Positions 1 through 9,233 of a DNA stretch of 42,729 bases are shown one piece after another. The stretch lies in the IMG/VR virus record IMGVR_UViG_3300044498_000050; one strand, given 5' to 3'. Source of the stretch: a virus. A program made the translations under genes and the position numbers. Every line of letters begins with the position of its first letter. Positions within the stretch are counted from its first letter, which is position 1. The notes beneath the pieces were generated by a model that was given only the letters and a program-made list of their open reading frames with translations, had not been told where the DNA came from and did not search any database.

Positions 1-127
1 GGAAGCGTTGCCGCGTGCTGGAGCACCTACAGCCGGCATCGTGATATTCCCCAAGGGATCGGAGCATCGCTTGCTCTACACCTTCGTGATGCACAAGAGC
101 GCACGGACCCTGGGCATGGTGGACGCC
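1..127. repeat. 127-bp terminal overlap, identical to 42603-42729 (circular-contig closure or terminal redundancy)
   Basis: Read directly: the two strings are identical base for base. Unique genome length is therefore 42,602 bp. Confidence 0.95.
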
Positions 128-265
128 CAAGTGAAGGCCATCGGCTCTTCGGGCTTGTCTGACAGCACCCCCAGGTTGCAAAGCGCGGCCGCGTCTTTCG
201 TCAGGGCGTCGCCCGACATCCAGGAGGTGCTCGACGCCATGGACGAATTCGAAGAGGAGAATTGA
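1..265 (+). CDS. hypothetical protein, 3' portion of the junction-spanning gene that starts at 42199
   Basis: The open frame from ATG 42199 runs through the duplicated 127 bp and continues in the frame of track ORF 8..265, ending at TGA 263-265. The C-terminus is acidic (DAMDEFEEEN). Confidence 0.6.
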   Translation, partial: EALPRAGAPTAGIVIFPKGSEHRLLYTFVMHKSARTLGMVDAQVKAIGSSGLSDSTPRLQSAAASFVRASPDIQEVLDAMDEFEEEN

Positions 266-266
266 A

Positions 267-482
267 ATGCACATTCCAGTCAAGGATGTCGACAAAGACG
301 ACATCGTCAATTTTTTCAAGAAGCGCACGTGGCTGCGCGCCATGCTGAACCGCGACGGCGAGAGTGAGGACCAGGGCTACAAGCGCATTCTCAAGAACCC
401 GGATAACGTGGCCCGCTGGCCTATCGCATACCGGGCCTGCATCGTGGGATTCATCAACGGCTGGCTGCAGGCCAAGGAGTAA
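267..482 (+). CDS. hypothetical protein (71 aa)
   Basis: ATG lies downstream of a GAGGAG Shine-Dalgarno and is packed directly after the preceding stop. No recognisable motif. Confidence 0.55.
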   Translation: MHIPVKDVDKDDIVNFFKKRTWLRAMLNRDGESEDQGYKRILKNPDNVARWPIAYRACIVGFINGWLQAKE

Positions 483-485
483 AGC

Positions 486-1616
486 ATGCACGCACCCTTT
501 GCACCCAGCGCGGCCAAGCGCTGGATCAACTGCCCGGGGTCATTCGCCCTCGGGCTCCAGCGGCCTGACGATCCCGACAGCGAGTACGCCGCCGAGGGTA
601 GCCGTTTACACGAGGTGGCAGCCGCCATGCTCAACGACACCAGCGTGGCCGACCGTGGCACGCCGGAAGACCGGGCCTTCGTCAAGCCGTACACGGACTA
701 CGCCCTGGCGCGCATCAAGCTGGCCGACGCGTTCGCAGTCGAGGAGACCATCGAGCACGATGCGCTGCTCTTCGGCACGCCCGACCTGTTGTGCTACTTC
801 AAGGCCGACGGCCTGCTGGAGATCGTGGACCTGAAGTGCGGGGCCGGCATCATGGTGGACCCCATCGAGAACGACCAGATGCTGTGCTATGCCTACATGG
901 CCCTGGTGAGGATGGACAAGGAGATTGGCGCGTACCCGCCGCATGTGCGCCTCACGGTGGTGCAGCCGCCCGACGCCGAGGATCAGGTGAAGATCTGGGA
1001 CACCACGGCCAACCACGTCCTCAAGTGGGGCGCCAAGGCCGAGACTGCCATCGAGAAGGCCATGGCCGGCGGTGCCGATCTGGTACCCGGCGACTGGTGC
1101 CGGTTCTGCAAGGCCAAGTCGTTCTGCCCGAAGTTGCGCGGCGAGGTGATCGAGGCGCTCGGGGCCGCTGGCATGCCGGCGACCATGACCATGGGCGTGC
1201 TGGCGCAGTGGCTGGACCGGGCCGACCGCCTGGACTACTGGATCACGTCACTGCGGGAGATGGCCCACAAGGCTGCCTCAGAGTGCGCTGCGCTGGGAAA
1301 ACCTGGGGTTCCAGGCTACGTGCTAAAACCGAAGAGGGCGACAAGGGTGTGGAAAAGTGAGGACGAGGTGCTGATATTCGCGCGCCGCAGGCGCATCAAG
1401 ATCTGGCAGGACAAGTTGATGTCGCCGGCCATGGCCGAGAAGGCCCACCCCAACATGCCGCAGGAACTGAAAGACATGATCGTGTCGGTTTCCAGCGGCA
1501 CGAATCTGGTAAAGTCGCCCGAGGGTCAGGCCCAGGCTTTACCCGAACTGAAGTCTGAAGCAGCACCGATGGAGCGGCTGATGGCTAACTTTGAACTGTT
1601 GAAATACCGGAGGTAA
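486..1616 (+). CDS. PD-(D/E)XK Cas4/RecB-like exonuclease (DUF2800-type)
   Basis: N-terminal SAAKRWINCPGS. Nuclease core TPDLL...EIVDLK. QMLCYA (QxxxY). C-terminal cysteine cluster WCRFCKAKSFC plus the N-terminal Cys matches the 4-Cys Fe-S pattern of Cas4/AddB nucleases. AAGGAG RBS. Confidence 0.75.
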   Translation: MHAPFAPSAAKRWINCPGSFALGLQRPDDPDSEYAAEGSRLHEVAAAMLNDTSVADRGTPEDRAFVKPYTDYALARIKLADAFAVEETIEHDALLFGTPDLLCYFKADGLLEIVDLKCGAGIMVDPIENDQMLCYAYMALVRMDKEIGAYPPHVRLTVVQPPDAEDQVKIWDTTANHVLKWGAKAETAIEKAMAGGADLVPGDWCRFCKAKSFCPKLRGEVIEALGAAGMPATMTMGVLAQWLDRADRLDYWITSLREMAHKAASECAALGKPGVPGYVLKPKRATRVWKSEDEVLIFARRRRIKIWQDKLMSPAMAEKAHPNMPQELKDMIVSVSSGTNLVKSPEGQAQALPELKSEAAPMERLMANFELLKYRR

Positions 1617-1618
1617 TC

Positions 1619-2302
1619 ATGTCTCAAACGAATGGCGCCGCAGGCGGCGCAGTGGTCCTGTTCGACCCGACCAAATTCCAGGCCGTGGTCCAGAACATGG
1701 CGAAGGGCGCGACCGTACGGGTCGGGTTCCTGAAGATGAGCAAGGCCGGCGAGTGGTCCTACGGGACCGACGAGACCCCGCTGGGCGAGGACGACCACGT
1801 CTACGTGGACCCCATGGGCTTCGTGCATGGCTGGCAGTGCTGGGCCGACACCGAGCTTCCTGGCGTGTCGTCGGCGCTGCTGGACGACGTGGTGGTGCCC
1901 ATGTTCGAACCGCTGCCGCCCAAACCCGAGAAGATCCCGGAGACCGGCCGTAACTGGGCCGAGATGCGGGGCCTGTCGTGCCTGCTGGGCAGCGAAAAGC
2001 TGGTGTACAGCACGACCAGCGTCGGCGGCCTGAACGCCATGGCTATCCTGGCGGAGGAGTACGCCAAGCAGTTCCTCAAGAACCCCAAGAAGATGATCGC
2101 CGTGGTCAGCTTGTGTACCGACTCGTACAAACACAAGAATAAAACTTACGGGAAGATTTACACCCCGGTGTTGTCTGTCGTAGACTGGGTCGACCAACTA
2201 CCTGAGGTAACTGCCATGCCCAAGCCGTCGCTCCCGCCGCTTCCCGCCAAGAAGGCGCCCGCCAAGAAAGCGCCCGTCAAGGCCGCCAAGAAGGGCGCCT
2301 GA
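1619..2302 (+). CDS. hypothetical protein with Lys/Ala-rich basic tail; sits in the SSB slot of the replication module
   Basis: GGAGG RBS. C-terminus PAKKAPAKKAPVKAAKKGA. Lies between the exonuclease and the DNA polymerase. No OB-fold or SSB motif recognised, so the function is positional inference only. Confidence 0.5.
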   Translation: MSQTNGAAGGAVVLFDPTKFQAVVQNMAKGATVRVGFLKMSKAGEWSYGTDETPLGEDDHVYVDPMGFVHGWQCWADTELPGVSSALLDDVVVPMFEPLPPKPEKIPETGRNWAEMRGLSCLLGSEKLVYSTTSVGGLNAMAILAEEYAKQFLKNPKKMIAVVSLCTDSYKHKNKTYGKIYTPVLSVVDWVDQLPEVTAMPKPSLPPLPAKKAPAKKAPVKAAKKGA

Positions 2303-2307
2303 TGCCC

Positions 2308-2338
2308 AGGCCCGGGACATCCACCGGGCCTATTTCAT
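2308..2338 (+). terminator. hairpin terminator candidate
   Basis: AGGCCCGG (2308-2315) pairs with CCGGGCCT (2324-2331), followed by ATTTCAT. It lies in the 63-bp gap before the polymerase gene. Confidence 0.45.
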
Positions 2339-2365
2339 CACCAGGAATTCAGACTAGGTCTACAA

Positions 2366-4441
2366 ATGATCTGCCACCTCGACTACGAAACCCGCTCCGA
2401 CATCGACCTCAAGCTGGTCGGCGCTCACGTTTACGCTAGACACCCCAGCACCCGGATCCTGTGCTGCGCCTACAGCATCGACGGCAGCGCCGTGCAGGCG
2501 TGGCCGTCGGCCGCCGGCCACAAGATGCCGGCCGATCTGCGCGACGCCTACCGCGACCCGAAGTGCGAGATGCACGCCTGGAACGCCCAGTTCGAACGGC
2601 TGATCACGCGCCACGTGCTGGACAAGGATCTGCCGCTGGAGCGGTATCACTGCACGGCCGCCCTGGCGCGCGCGAGGGGTCTCCCTGGCAAGCTGGAGCA
2701 GGCCCTGGACTACCTCAAGGAAGCGCCGTCGCTGGCGGCCAAGAGGCGCGGCACCGCCATCATGCTGAAGTGGTGCAAGCCGCTGCCCCTGGGCGGCTAC
2801 GCCGACGACCCCAACGAGTACATGGAACTGCTCCTGTACTGCATGGACGACGTGCGCAGCGAGATGCTGGTCGGCGGCAAGCTGGTGCCGCTGTTCAAGC
2901 ACGAGCGCGAGGACTACTACCTGACCGAGCGCATCAACGACGCCGGCCTGCCGGTCGACCTGGGCCTCGCCCTGGCGGCCCAGACGTACGGTGCCCAGGA
3001 GCGCGCTGAACTGAGTGCGCTGCTGCGCGACAAGACCGACGGCGAGATCACCAGCCCGAGCCAGCACGCCAGGATCAAGACGTGGCTGAAGGCCAGGATG
3101 GAGGACTCAGTGTTTACACAGTTCTTCGTCAAGACTTCTCGGAAAAAATCTTCCGAAGGCGAGGTCACCGAAGTTTTGAAGGAGTCGACCGACAAGGCCG
3201 CTCGCGCCGATTTCCTGAACAGCGAGGAAGCCAAGGAAGCCGACCCCGAAGTGATCGAGATGATCGAGATCGTGGACGACGCCGGCAAGGCGAGCGTCGC
3301 GAAGTACGCCAAGATGGCCGGCCGCGCCAGCGATGGTGGTCGTGCGCAGGGTGCGTACATCTGCTACGGGGCCATCCAGACGAAGCGCTTCAGCAGCACC
3401 GGCATCCAGGTCCACAACTTCCCCAGGCAGACGCCCAAGGACGTGCCAGGGGCCGTGCTGGAGGTGCTGGAGCACCGGGTCCAGGGCAAGGTGATGCACG
3501 TGCTGGCGAGCCTGCTGCGGCCCACCATAAAGGCGGGGCCGGGGCGCACCCTGGTGTGGGGCGACTGGACCAGCGTCGAGGCCAAGGGCATGCCCTGGCT
3601 GGCAAGCGCCGAGGAAAAGCTGGAGTACTACCGCGACGGCATGGACGTGTACAAGTTCAACGCCATGGACATCTTCGGGGTCCAGTACAAGGACGTGACC
3701 GACGACCAGCGGCAGATCGGCAAGGTGGCCGAGCTATCGCTGCAGTTCGGCGGCGCTCGCGGTGCGCTCAAGGCCATGGCCCGGGGCTACGGCATCAGCA
3801 TCGAGAACGACATGGCCGACAGCGTGGTCTATGCATGGCGTCGTGCCAACGACTGGGCCATGGTGTTCAGCAAGGCGCTGTACGGGGCCTTCATGCAGTG
3901 CGTGCTGGGCACCGACACCAAGGTGGGCTACGTGGCCTACCGGCAGATCCTGCCGCTGTTCCCCGGCACCGTGAGCATCGCTTGCGACCTTCCAGGCTAC
4001 ACCACCCTGTACTACCACAACATCCGTGGGCACGTGGTCGAGAAGGGTCGGGCGCCGGTCGACGTGGTCGAGGACGGCCTGGGCTGGGGCGGCCGCGTCA
4101 TCGACTCGTGGGAGACCGAGGTGGTGTTCACGAAGAGCCTGCCGGGGGGCTTCCGCACCGAGCGCATCTGGCACGGCCTGCTGGCCGAGAACGTGACCCA
4201 GGCCACCTGTGCCACGCTGCTGCGCGACTGTGCGAAGCGCACCGCGACCGTGCTGGAACGGCACAACGTGGATGCCATTGTGATCGGTCACACCCATGAC
4301 GAACTGTTGCTCGACAGCAGCGAGGAGCATGCCGCGAAGGCAGCAGCGGCATTGCGGCGCGAGATGATGCGCGTGCCAGAATGGTTGGCCGGGTTCCCAC
4401 TCGGATGCGAGATCAAGACCGGACAGCGCTACGCGAAATGA
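2366..4441 (+). CDS. family A DNA polymerase with N-terminal DnaQ-like 3'-5' exonuclease
   Basis: DYETRS (Exo I). LVWGDWTSVEAK (motif A-like). RQIGKVAELSLQFGGARGA (motif B, R..K...F/Y G). VIGHTHDELLL (motif C, HDE). 691 aa. Confidence 0.85.
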   Translation: MICHLDYETRSDIDLKLVGAHVYARHPSTRILCCAYSIDGSAVQAWPSAAGHKMPADLRDAYRDPKCEMHAWNAQFERLITRHVLDKDLPLERYHCTAALARARGLPGKLEQALDYLKEAPSLAAKRRGTAIMLKWCKPLPLGGYADDPNEYMELLLYCMDDVRSEMLVGGKLVPLFKHEREDYYLTERINDAGLPVDLGLALAAQTYGAQERAELSALLRDKTDGEITSPSQHARIKTWLKARMEDSVFTQFFVKTSRKKSSEGEVTEVLKESTDKAARADFLNSEEAKEADPEVIEMIEIVDDAGKASVAKYAKMAGRASDGGRAQGAYICYGAIQTKRFSSTGIQVHNFPRQTPKDVPGAVLEVLEHRVQGKVMHVLASLLRPTIKAGPGRTLVWGDWTSVEAKGMPWLASAEEKLEYYRDGMDVYKFNAMDIFGVQYKDVTDDQRQIGKVAELSLQFGGARGALKAMARGYGISIENDMADSVVYAWRRANDWAMVFSKALYGAFMQCVLGTDTKVGYVAYRQILPLFPGTVSIACDLPGYTTLYYHNIRGHVVEKGRAPVDVVEDGLGWGGRVIDSWETEVVFTKSLPGGFRTERIWHGLLAENVTQATCATLLRDCAKRTATVLERHNVDAIVIGHTHDELLLDSSEEHAAKAAAALRREMMRVPEWLAGFPLGCEIKTGQRYAK

Positions 4442-4444
4442 CAA

Positions 4445-4478
4445 AGGCCCCGGGATTTCTCCCGGGGCCTCCCTTTTA
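4445..4478 (+). terminator. rho-independent terminator
   Basis: An 11-bp perfect stem, AGGCCCCGGGA (4445-4455) with TCCCGGGGCCT (4460-4470), a TTTC loop, then CCCTTTTA. Confidence 0.7.
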
Positions 4479-4511
4479 CAGGCCGCCACCACGCGGCACC
4501 CTGGAGCAACG

Positions 4512-6842
4512 ATGTCAACCCAAGATGACGCAAATGGTACCACGCAGCACCACTTCCTCTCACTCCTCGCCCAAGGCTGCCCCGCCGGCCGTCACTTCCT
4601 GGTCACACTGAAGACCGGCAAGCGGTTCCAGACGTGGGCCTGGAACGGCGAGCCTCTCAAGCCCGGGGCTTGGTACTTCTACACCGGGGCCAGCGACAGC
4701 AAGCACTTGCGCCGCGACGAGAACACGCACGCCGTGCGAGCCATCGTCATCGATGACGTGGGCACGAAGGTGGACGCCAGCAAGATCCACGCCGTCCCGA
4801 CCTGGATCCTGGAGACCAGCCCCGGCAACTTCCAATGGGGCTTCCTGCTGGAGGAGTGGACCGAGGACATCCAGGGTGCGGACGCCCTGTTCGCCGGCCT
4901 CGTGGCCGCCGGCCTCCAGGACAAGGGAGTGAACAAGGCCTGTCGGCTCTTCCGCATCCCGGGCTCGATCAACGACAAGGAGGGCAGGGACAGCTTCGAA
5001 GCGGTACTGCATGACTTCAATCCTCTCGCCGTTTACACGCTCGAGAGTCTCCAGATTGATCTAAAAATTTTGCCGGGTGCGCGTAAGCCGAAGCGCGAGC
5101 GCCCCGAGGTGCCGCCGGCCGCCGGCCAGGAAGATCCGGTGTTCAAGTGGCTGCACGACAACGGCCACGTGGTGGAGCGCAAGAACGCCGCCGGCTGGTG
5201 GCTGATCACGTGCCCGTTCGCTGACGAGCACACCGAGAAGGGCGAGGACCAGACCACGGCCAAGTACATGTGCCTGGGCGACAGCGACAACGGCAGGGGC
5301 AACGTCTGGTGCCACCACGGCCACGGCGAGAACAGGGCGCACTACAGCCAGAGGTTCTTCGACTGGGTGCAGGCCAGCGGCGGCCCCGCCAACCAGACAT
5401 TCAACAGCGCCATCTCCGAGAACACCCGGGCCGCCCTGGCGGCCATCGTGGGTGGCGCCGACACCTTCAAGGAAGGACCGGACCCCGTGGATCCTGCTGA
5501 CCTGTTCAACTTCGGCACCCTTCGCATCGCACTGGGTTCCGTCGACATCCTGAAGCTGCCCCAGGTCGAGCGCACGAAGGAGCAGGAGCCGAAGGCCGTC
5601 CAGCCGACCAGCTACAGCAACGTCGAGGCGGGGCTGGCGCAGTTGGATGTGCGGCCCAGGCTGAACCTGATGACGGCGCAGACCAGCTACATCCTGCCCG
5701 AGCACATCGACATGGCGCGCTTCGGCAACATGGAGGAGCACGAGATCGCGACCCTGATCGAGGGTGCGCTCACGGACATCTTCGGCTGGGCGCGCATGAA
5801 GAACGAGGCCAAGCTCAAGGTGTGCCTGGACCGGATTGCCAACAGCAACTTCTGGCACCCGATGCGCGACTGGATCCTGTCGAAGGAGTGGGACGGCAAG
5901 GACCGCCTGGAACTGCTGGCGAAGTCCGTGACCACACCAACCCCCGGCCCCTGGCGCATCTATTTACGTCGCTGGTTATTGCAAGGCGTCGAGGCAGCCT
6001 GCGGGTGGACGGTGCGCCGCCGCTCGCAGAAGGGCATGGTGCTCGTGCTCACGGGCAAGCAGCGCATCGGCAAGACCCGGTGGTTCACCTCCCTGGCGCC
6101 CGACTTCAGCAAGGTGGGCAAGAACCTGAACCTCAACGGCCACGGCGCCCGCGACAGCAAGCACGAGGCACTGCAGGGTGTGATCGTGGAGCTTGGCGAG
6201 CTTGACGCGACGTTCAAGAAGACCGACATAGCTGCGCTCAAGGCATTCATCACCGAGATCACCGACGAGTACCGCCTGCCCTATGCGGCCGGCTGGCTGA
6301 AGCGCCCCAGGTGTGCGTCCTTCTGCGGCAGCGTCAACGACAGGCGCTTCCTCAGTGACCACACCGGCAGCGGCCGCTTCCTGGTGATCGAGGCAGAGGG
6401 CAAGCTCGATGTCGACCACGGCGTCGACATGCAGCAAGTGTGGGCGCAGATGTACGTGGCCTGGGAGGGCGGCGAGCAGCACTGGCTGACCGATACCGAA
6501 GAGGACATGCGCGACGAGTTGTCGGGCAACTTCCAGACCGTGGACACGGTGGCCGACGACATCGAGGAAAGCCTGGGGCAACGCAAGGACACCGAGAAGT
6601 ATCCAATCCAGGTGATCGTCGGGCCGCAGCACATGCTTCGGCTATGCGATCTCGATGCCACCCTGCAGAAGAACACCACCGCAGCCGGCGTCGTTATGGA
6701 GCGGATCCTGGGGCGGCCGCGCAACCTGTATCGGCGCGGCGCGGCCACAAAGCAGAGCACCCGCTGGATCATCCAGGCCACCGAGCGCGAAGTGCGCGAC
6801 AACAAGTTGATCATCGCCAAGCCTGAGGTGTCCCATGAGTGA
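4512..6842 (+). CDS. primase-polymerase / VirE-D5-like superfamily-3 helicase
   Basis: N-terminal domain carries FRIPGSINDKEG and a Cys/His cluster (CPFADEH...CHHGHG). C-terminal P-loop VLVLTGKQRIGKTRWF (Walker A) and VIVELGELD (Walker B). GGAG RBS. Confidence 0.75.
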   Translation: MSTQDDANGTTQHHFLSLLAQGCPAGRHFLVTLKTGKRFQTWAWNGEPLKPGAWYFYTGASDSKHLRRDENTHAVRAIVIDDVGTKVDASKIHAVPTWILETSPGNFQWGFLLEEWTEDIQGADALFAGLVAAGLQDKGVNKACRLFRIPGSINDKEGRDSFEAVLHDFNPLAVYTLESLQIDLKILPGARKPKRERPEVPPAAGQEDPVFKWLHDNGHVVERKNAAGWWLITCPFADEHTEKGEDQTTAKYMCLGDSDNGRGNVWCHHGHGENRAHYSQRFFDWVQASGGPANQTFNSAISENTRAALAAIVGGADTFKEGPDPVDPADLFNFGTLRIALGSVDILKLPQVERTKEQEPKAVQPTSYSNVEAGLAQLDVRPRLNLMTAQTSYILPEHIDMARFGNMEEHEIATLIEGALTDIFGWARMKNEAKLKVCLDRIANSNFWHPMRDWILSKEWDGKDRLELLAKSVTTPTPGPWRIYLRRWLLQGVEAACGWTVRRRSQKGMVLVLTGKQRIGKTRWFTSLAPDFSKVGKNLNLNGHGARDSKHEALQGVIVELGELDATFKKTDIAALKAFITEITDEYRLPYAAGWLKRPRCASFCGSVNDRRFLSDHTGSGRFLVIEAEGKLDVDHGVDMQQVWAQMYVAWEGGEQHWLTDTEEDMRDELSGNFQTVDTVADDIEESLGQRKDTEKYPIQVIVGPQHMLRLCDLDATLQKNTTAAGVVMERILGRPRNLYRRGAATKQSTRWIIQATEREVRDNKLIIAKPEVSHE

Positions 6843-7110
6843 AGCAGCAATGGAGCAGCAGTGCCGGCGCTACGTCAGCAAGCTGGGCCTCATCTCGATC
6901 AAGTTGTACGGCGGCGTGGCCGGCGATCCTGACCGGGTGGTGCTGCTGCCCAACGGCCGCTGCCTGCTGGTCGAGTTCAAGATGCCCGACGGGCGCCTGT
7001 CGCCCAGGCAGGTGTACCGGCACACTGAACTGGAGGGCATCGGTCATCGTGTAGCCGTTGTCTACAGCACACAACAGTTCAAGGCCCTGCTTGACAGTAT
7101 CCTGGGGTGA
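6835..7110 (+). CDS. VRR-NUC domain nuclease
   Basis: 91 aa. DPDRVVLLPNGRCLLVEFKMPDGRLSPRQ matches the D...E-x-K VRR-NUC core. ATGA overlap with the primase stop. Confidence 0.7.
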   Translation: MSEAAMEQQCRRYVSKLGLISIKLYGGVAGDPDRVVLLPNGRCLLVEFKMPDGRLSPRQVYRHTELEGIGHRVAVVYSTQQFKALLDSILG

Positions 7111-7120
7111 AGGGTAGACT
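7091..7120 (+). promoter_or_regulatory. sigma70-like promoter candidate TTGACA-N18-TAGACT
   Basis: TTGACA at 7091-7096 and TAGACT at 7115-7120, 25 nt upstream of the helicase ATG. The spacer contains CCTGGGG. Confidence 0.35.
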
Positions 7121-7145
7121 GGGTCTTCAGTAGCTAGAGACAGAC

Positions 7146-8543
7146 ATGCAATACAACCCTCACCCCTTCCAGGCCAAGGCCATCCAGATGGTGTGCTCCA
7201 ACCCGGGCACGGCCATGCTGCTGGACCCTGGCATGGGCAAGACTGGCATCGCCCTGGCCGCGCACTGCGTGCTCCAGCATCACAAGGCCATCGAGGCCAC
7301 CCTGGTCATCGTGCCCATCAGGCCGATGTACCTGACGTGGCCGGCGGAGATCAAGAAGTGGACGCAGTTCAACCACCTCAAGGTGAGCATCGTCCACGGC
7401 ACACCCAAGGAGCGCGAGAAGGCCTTGAAGGCCAAGGCTGACATCTACTTGATCAACCCCGAGAACGTCAACTGGCTTCTGAACTGCGGCCTGACGTTCG
7501 GCACCCAGCCCGACATGCTGATCGTGGACGAATCCACTCGGTTCAAGAACGCCCAGAGCGTACGCTTCAAGGCCCTCAAGCACATGCTGCCGCACTTCAA
7601 GCGCAGGCTGATCCTGACCGGCACGCCGGCCCCGCAGAGCATCGAGGACATGTTCTCGCAGATGCAGATCGTGGACGAGGGCGAGCGTCTGGGCCGCTTC
7701 ATCACCCACTTCCGCAAGCAGTTCATGCTGGCCGAAGAGATCCGCATCGGCGGCGGCAAGACCATCACCCAGTGGTACCCCAAGCCGGGGGCTGACGAGA
7801 TGGTTGCGTACCGGATACGCGACGTTGCGCTGCGCCTGCAGGCAGAGGACTACCTGTCGATGCCGGCCATTTCGTATAACGTGATTCCAGTCGAGCTTCC
7901 CTCGCTGGCCCGTCAGGTGTACACCAAGCTGGCCGACGAACTGGTGGCGAAGACGGCCTGCGGCGTCACGCTCACGGCCGCCACTGCCGCAGCAGCGGTG
8001 ATGAAGTTGCGCCAGATCACCAACGGCTGGGCCTACCACGAGGGCGGCGAGTCGGTGCGCGTCCACAGCGCCAAGGTGAATGCCCTGGTCGAGCTTGTCG
8101 AAGAGCAGCAGGGCACCCCGCTGCTGGTGGCCGTGGCCTTCCTGCACGAGGTGCCGGCCATCAAGGAGGCCCTGGAAGAGGTGCTGCCGGCCGGCACCCA
8201 GGTGCCATACCTGGGCGGCGGCGTCACCCGTGCGGCAGCCGACAAGATCGTTGAAGACTGGAATGCTGGTAAGCTGCCGGTCTTGCTGGCCCACCCTACG
8301 TCGGTGGCCCACGGGTTGAACCTCCAGGCCGGCGGCCACGCCGTCTGCTGGTTCGGTCTTACATGGAACCTGGAGGAGCACATTCAGTTTGTTGCGCGCG
8401 TGTACCGTCAGGGTCAAACTAAGCCTGTGGTGGTACACTACCTCACGGCCCAGGGGACCGTGGACGAAGACATCGCCAAGGCCCTCGCAGAGAAGGCCGA
8501 TGTACAAGCCTCAATCCTCAATCGCCTGAAAGGTACGCCATGA
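7146..8543 (+). CDS. SNF2-family (DEAD/H-like) helicase
   Basis: DPGMGKTGIAL (motif I), LIVDESTRFKN (motif II), LILTGTPAPQSIEDMFSQ (motif III), HGLNLQ (motif V), ARVYRQGQTKPV (motif VI). Confidence 0.8.
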   Translation: MQYNPHPFQAKAIQMVCSNPGTAMLLDPGMGKTGIALAAHCVLQHHKAIEATLVIVPIRPMYLTWPAEIKKWTQFNHLKVSIVHGTPKEREKALKAKADIYLINPENVNWLLNCGLTFGTQPDMLIVDESTRFKNAQSVRFKALKHMLPHFKRRLILTGTPAPQSIEDMFSQMQIVDEGERLGRFITHFRKQFMLAEEIRIGGGKTITQWYPKPGADEMVAYRIRDVALRLQAEDYLSMPAISYNVIPVELPSLARQVYTKLADELVAKTACGVTLTAATAAAAVMKLRQITNGWAYHEGGESVRVHSAKVNALVELVEEQQGTPLLVAVAFLHEVPAIKEALEEVLPAGTQVPYLGGGVTRAAADKIVEDWNAGKLPVLLAHPTSVAHGLNLQAGGHAVCWFGLTWNLEEHIQFVARVYRQGQTKPVVVHYLTAQGTVDEDIAKALAEKADVQASILNRLKGTP

Positions 8544-8872
8544 AGTCCGCTCTCAATGAAGTCCCGATCCCTGCCAAGGGACCGGGTAGCCGCCAACCGA
8601 AGATCAAGTTGCCCATGCTCATGCCCAACGGCAAGAAGACCACGGCGCACCCGCTCCTGTGGCTCCTGAAGGAGCGCATGCCCGAGTACGCCACGAAGAG
8701 CACGGTGGCCCAAGCGCTGGGCGTCAAGCCGCAGTCGCTGTACAAGTGGGAGCACGCCTGCCGCAAGGACAGGAATTTCCCGGTGCCCATCATGCGGGCG
8801 AAGCAACTGGGCGAGTTCTTCCGCGTGTCGCCCAGCATGCTGCGGCCCGATGCCTTCAAGGAGGAAGCATGA
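8540..8872 (+). CDS. helix-turn-helix DNA-binding protein
   Basis: TKSTVAQALGVKPQSLYKWE is a Cro/C1-type HTH-like segment. ATGA coupling to the helicase stop. Confidence 0.55.
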   Translation: MKSALNEVPIPAKGPGSRQPKIKLPMLMPNGKKTTAHPLLWLLKERMPEYATKSTVAQALGVKPQSLYKWEHACRKDRNFPVPIMRAKQLGEFFRVSPSMLRPDAFKEEA

Positions 8873-9177
8873 GTGACGACGACATCGGACAGCCGGCACC
8901 GTTCAAGGTGTCGCTACGCGAGGACGACACGTCCGTGCGTATACTGATCGCCCGCAACGAGATGGTGATCCAGGAACCCAATCCTGGCATCCCTGACGAG
9001 TTCGTCGTGGCGATCATCAACCGGCAAGTGGCGTACCTGAACGAGGAAGTCAGGGACGCCATCCTCAACCTGGGGCGTACCATCGGCATCGCAATGGCGA
9101 TGGAACTCCTGGGGTTGGTTCCGGCGGGCGTTGTTATTCAGACGCCGGCTGAACCTAAAGCCTCAAAGTCACATTAG
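8869..9177 (+). CDS. hypothetical protein (102 aa)
   Basis: ATG 8869 follows GGAGGAAG and overlaps the previous stop (ATGA). It is in frame with track ORF 8659..9177. Confidence 0.5.
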   Translation: MSDDDIGQPAPFKVSLREDDTSVRILIARNEMVIQEPNPGIPDEFVVAIINRQVAYLNEEVRDAILNLGRTIGIAMAMELLGLVPAGVVIQTPAEPKASKSH

Positions 9178-9233
9178 AATAGCCGTCGCTGGCCCGGCTT
9201 CTCAGGCCAGCAAACCTTGCAAGGAAGTTCCAA

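Noticed and set aside
1-127. The 127-bp terminal duplication as a genuine direct terminal repeat of the virion DNA.
   Set aside because: It falls in the middle of a coding sequence and its length equals a standard assembler k-mer, so an assembly closure artefact is more likely. Sequence alone cannot fully exclude a real repeat (see the finding for the test).
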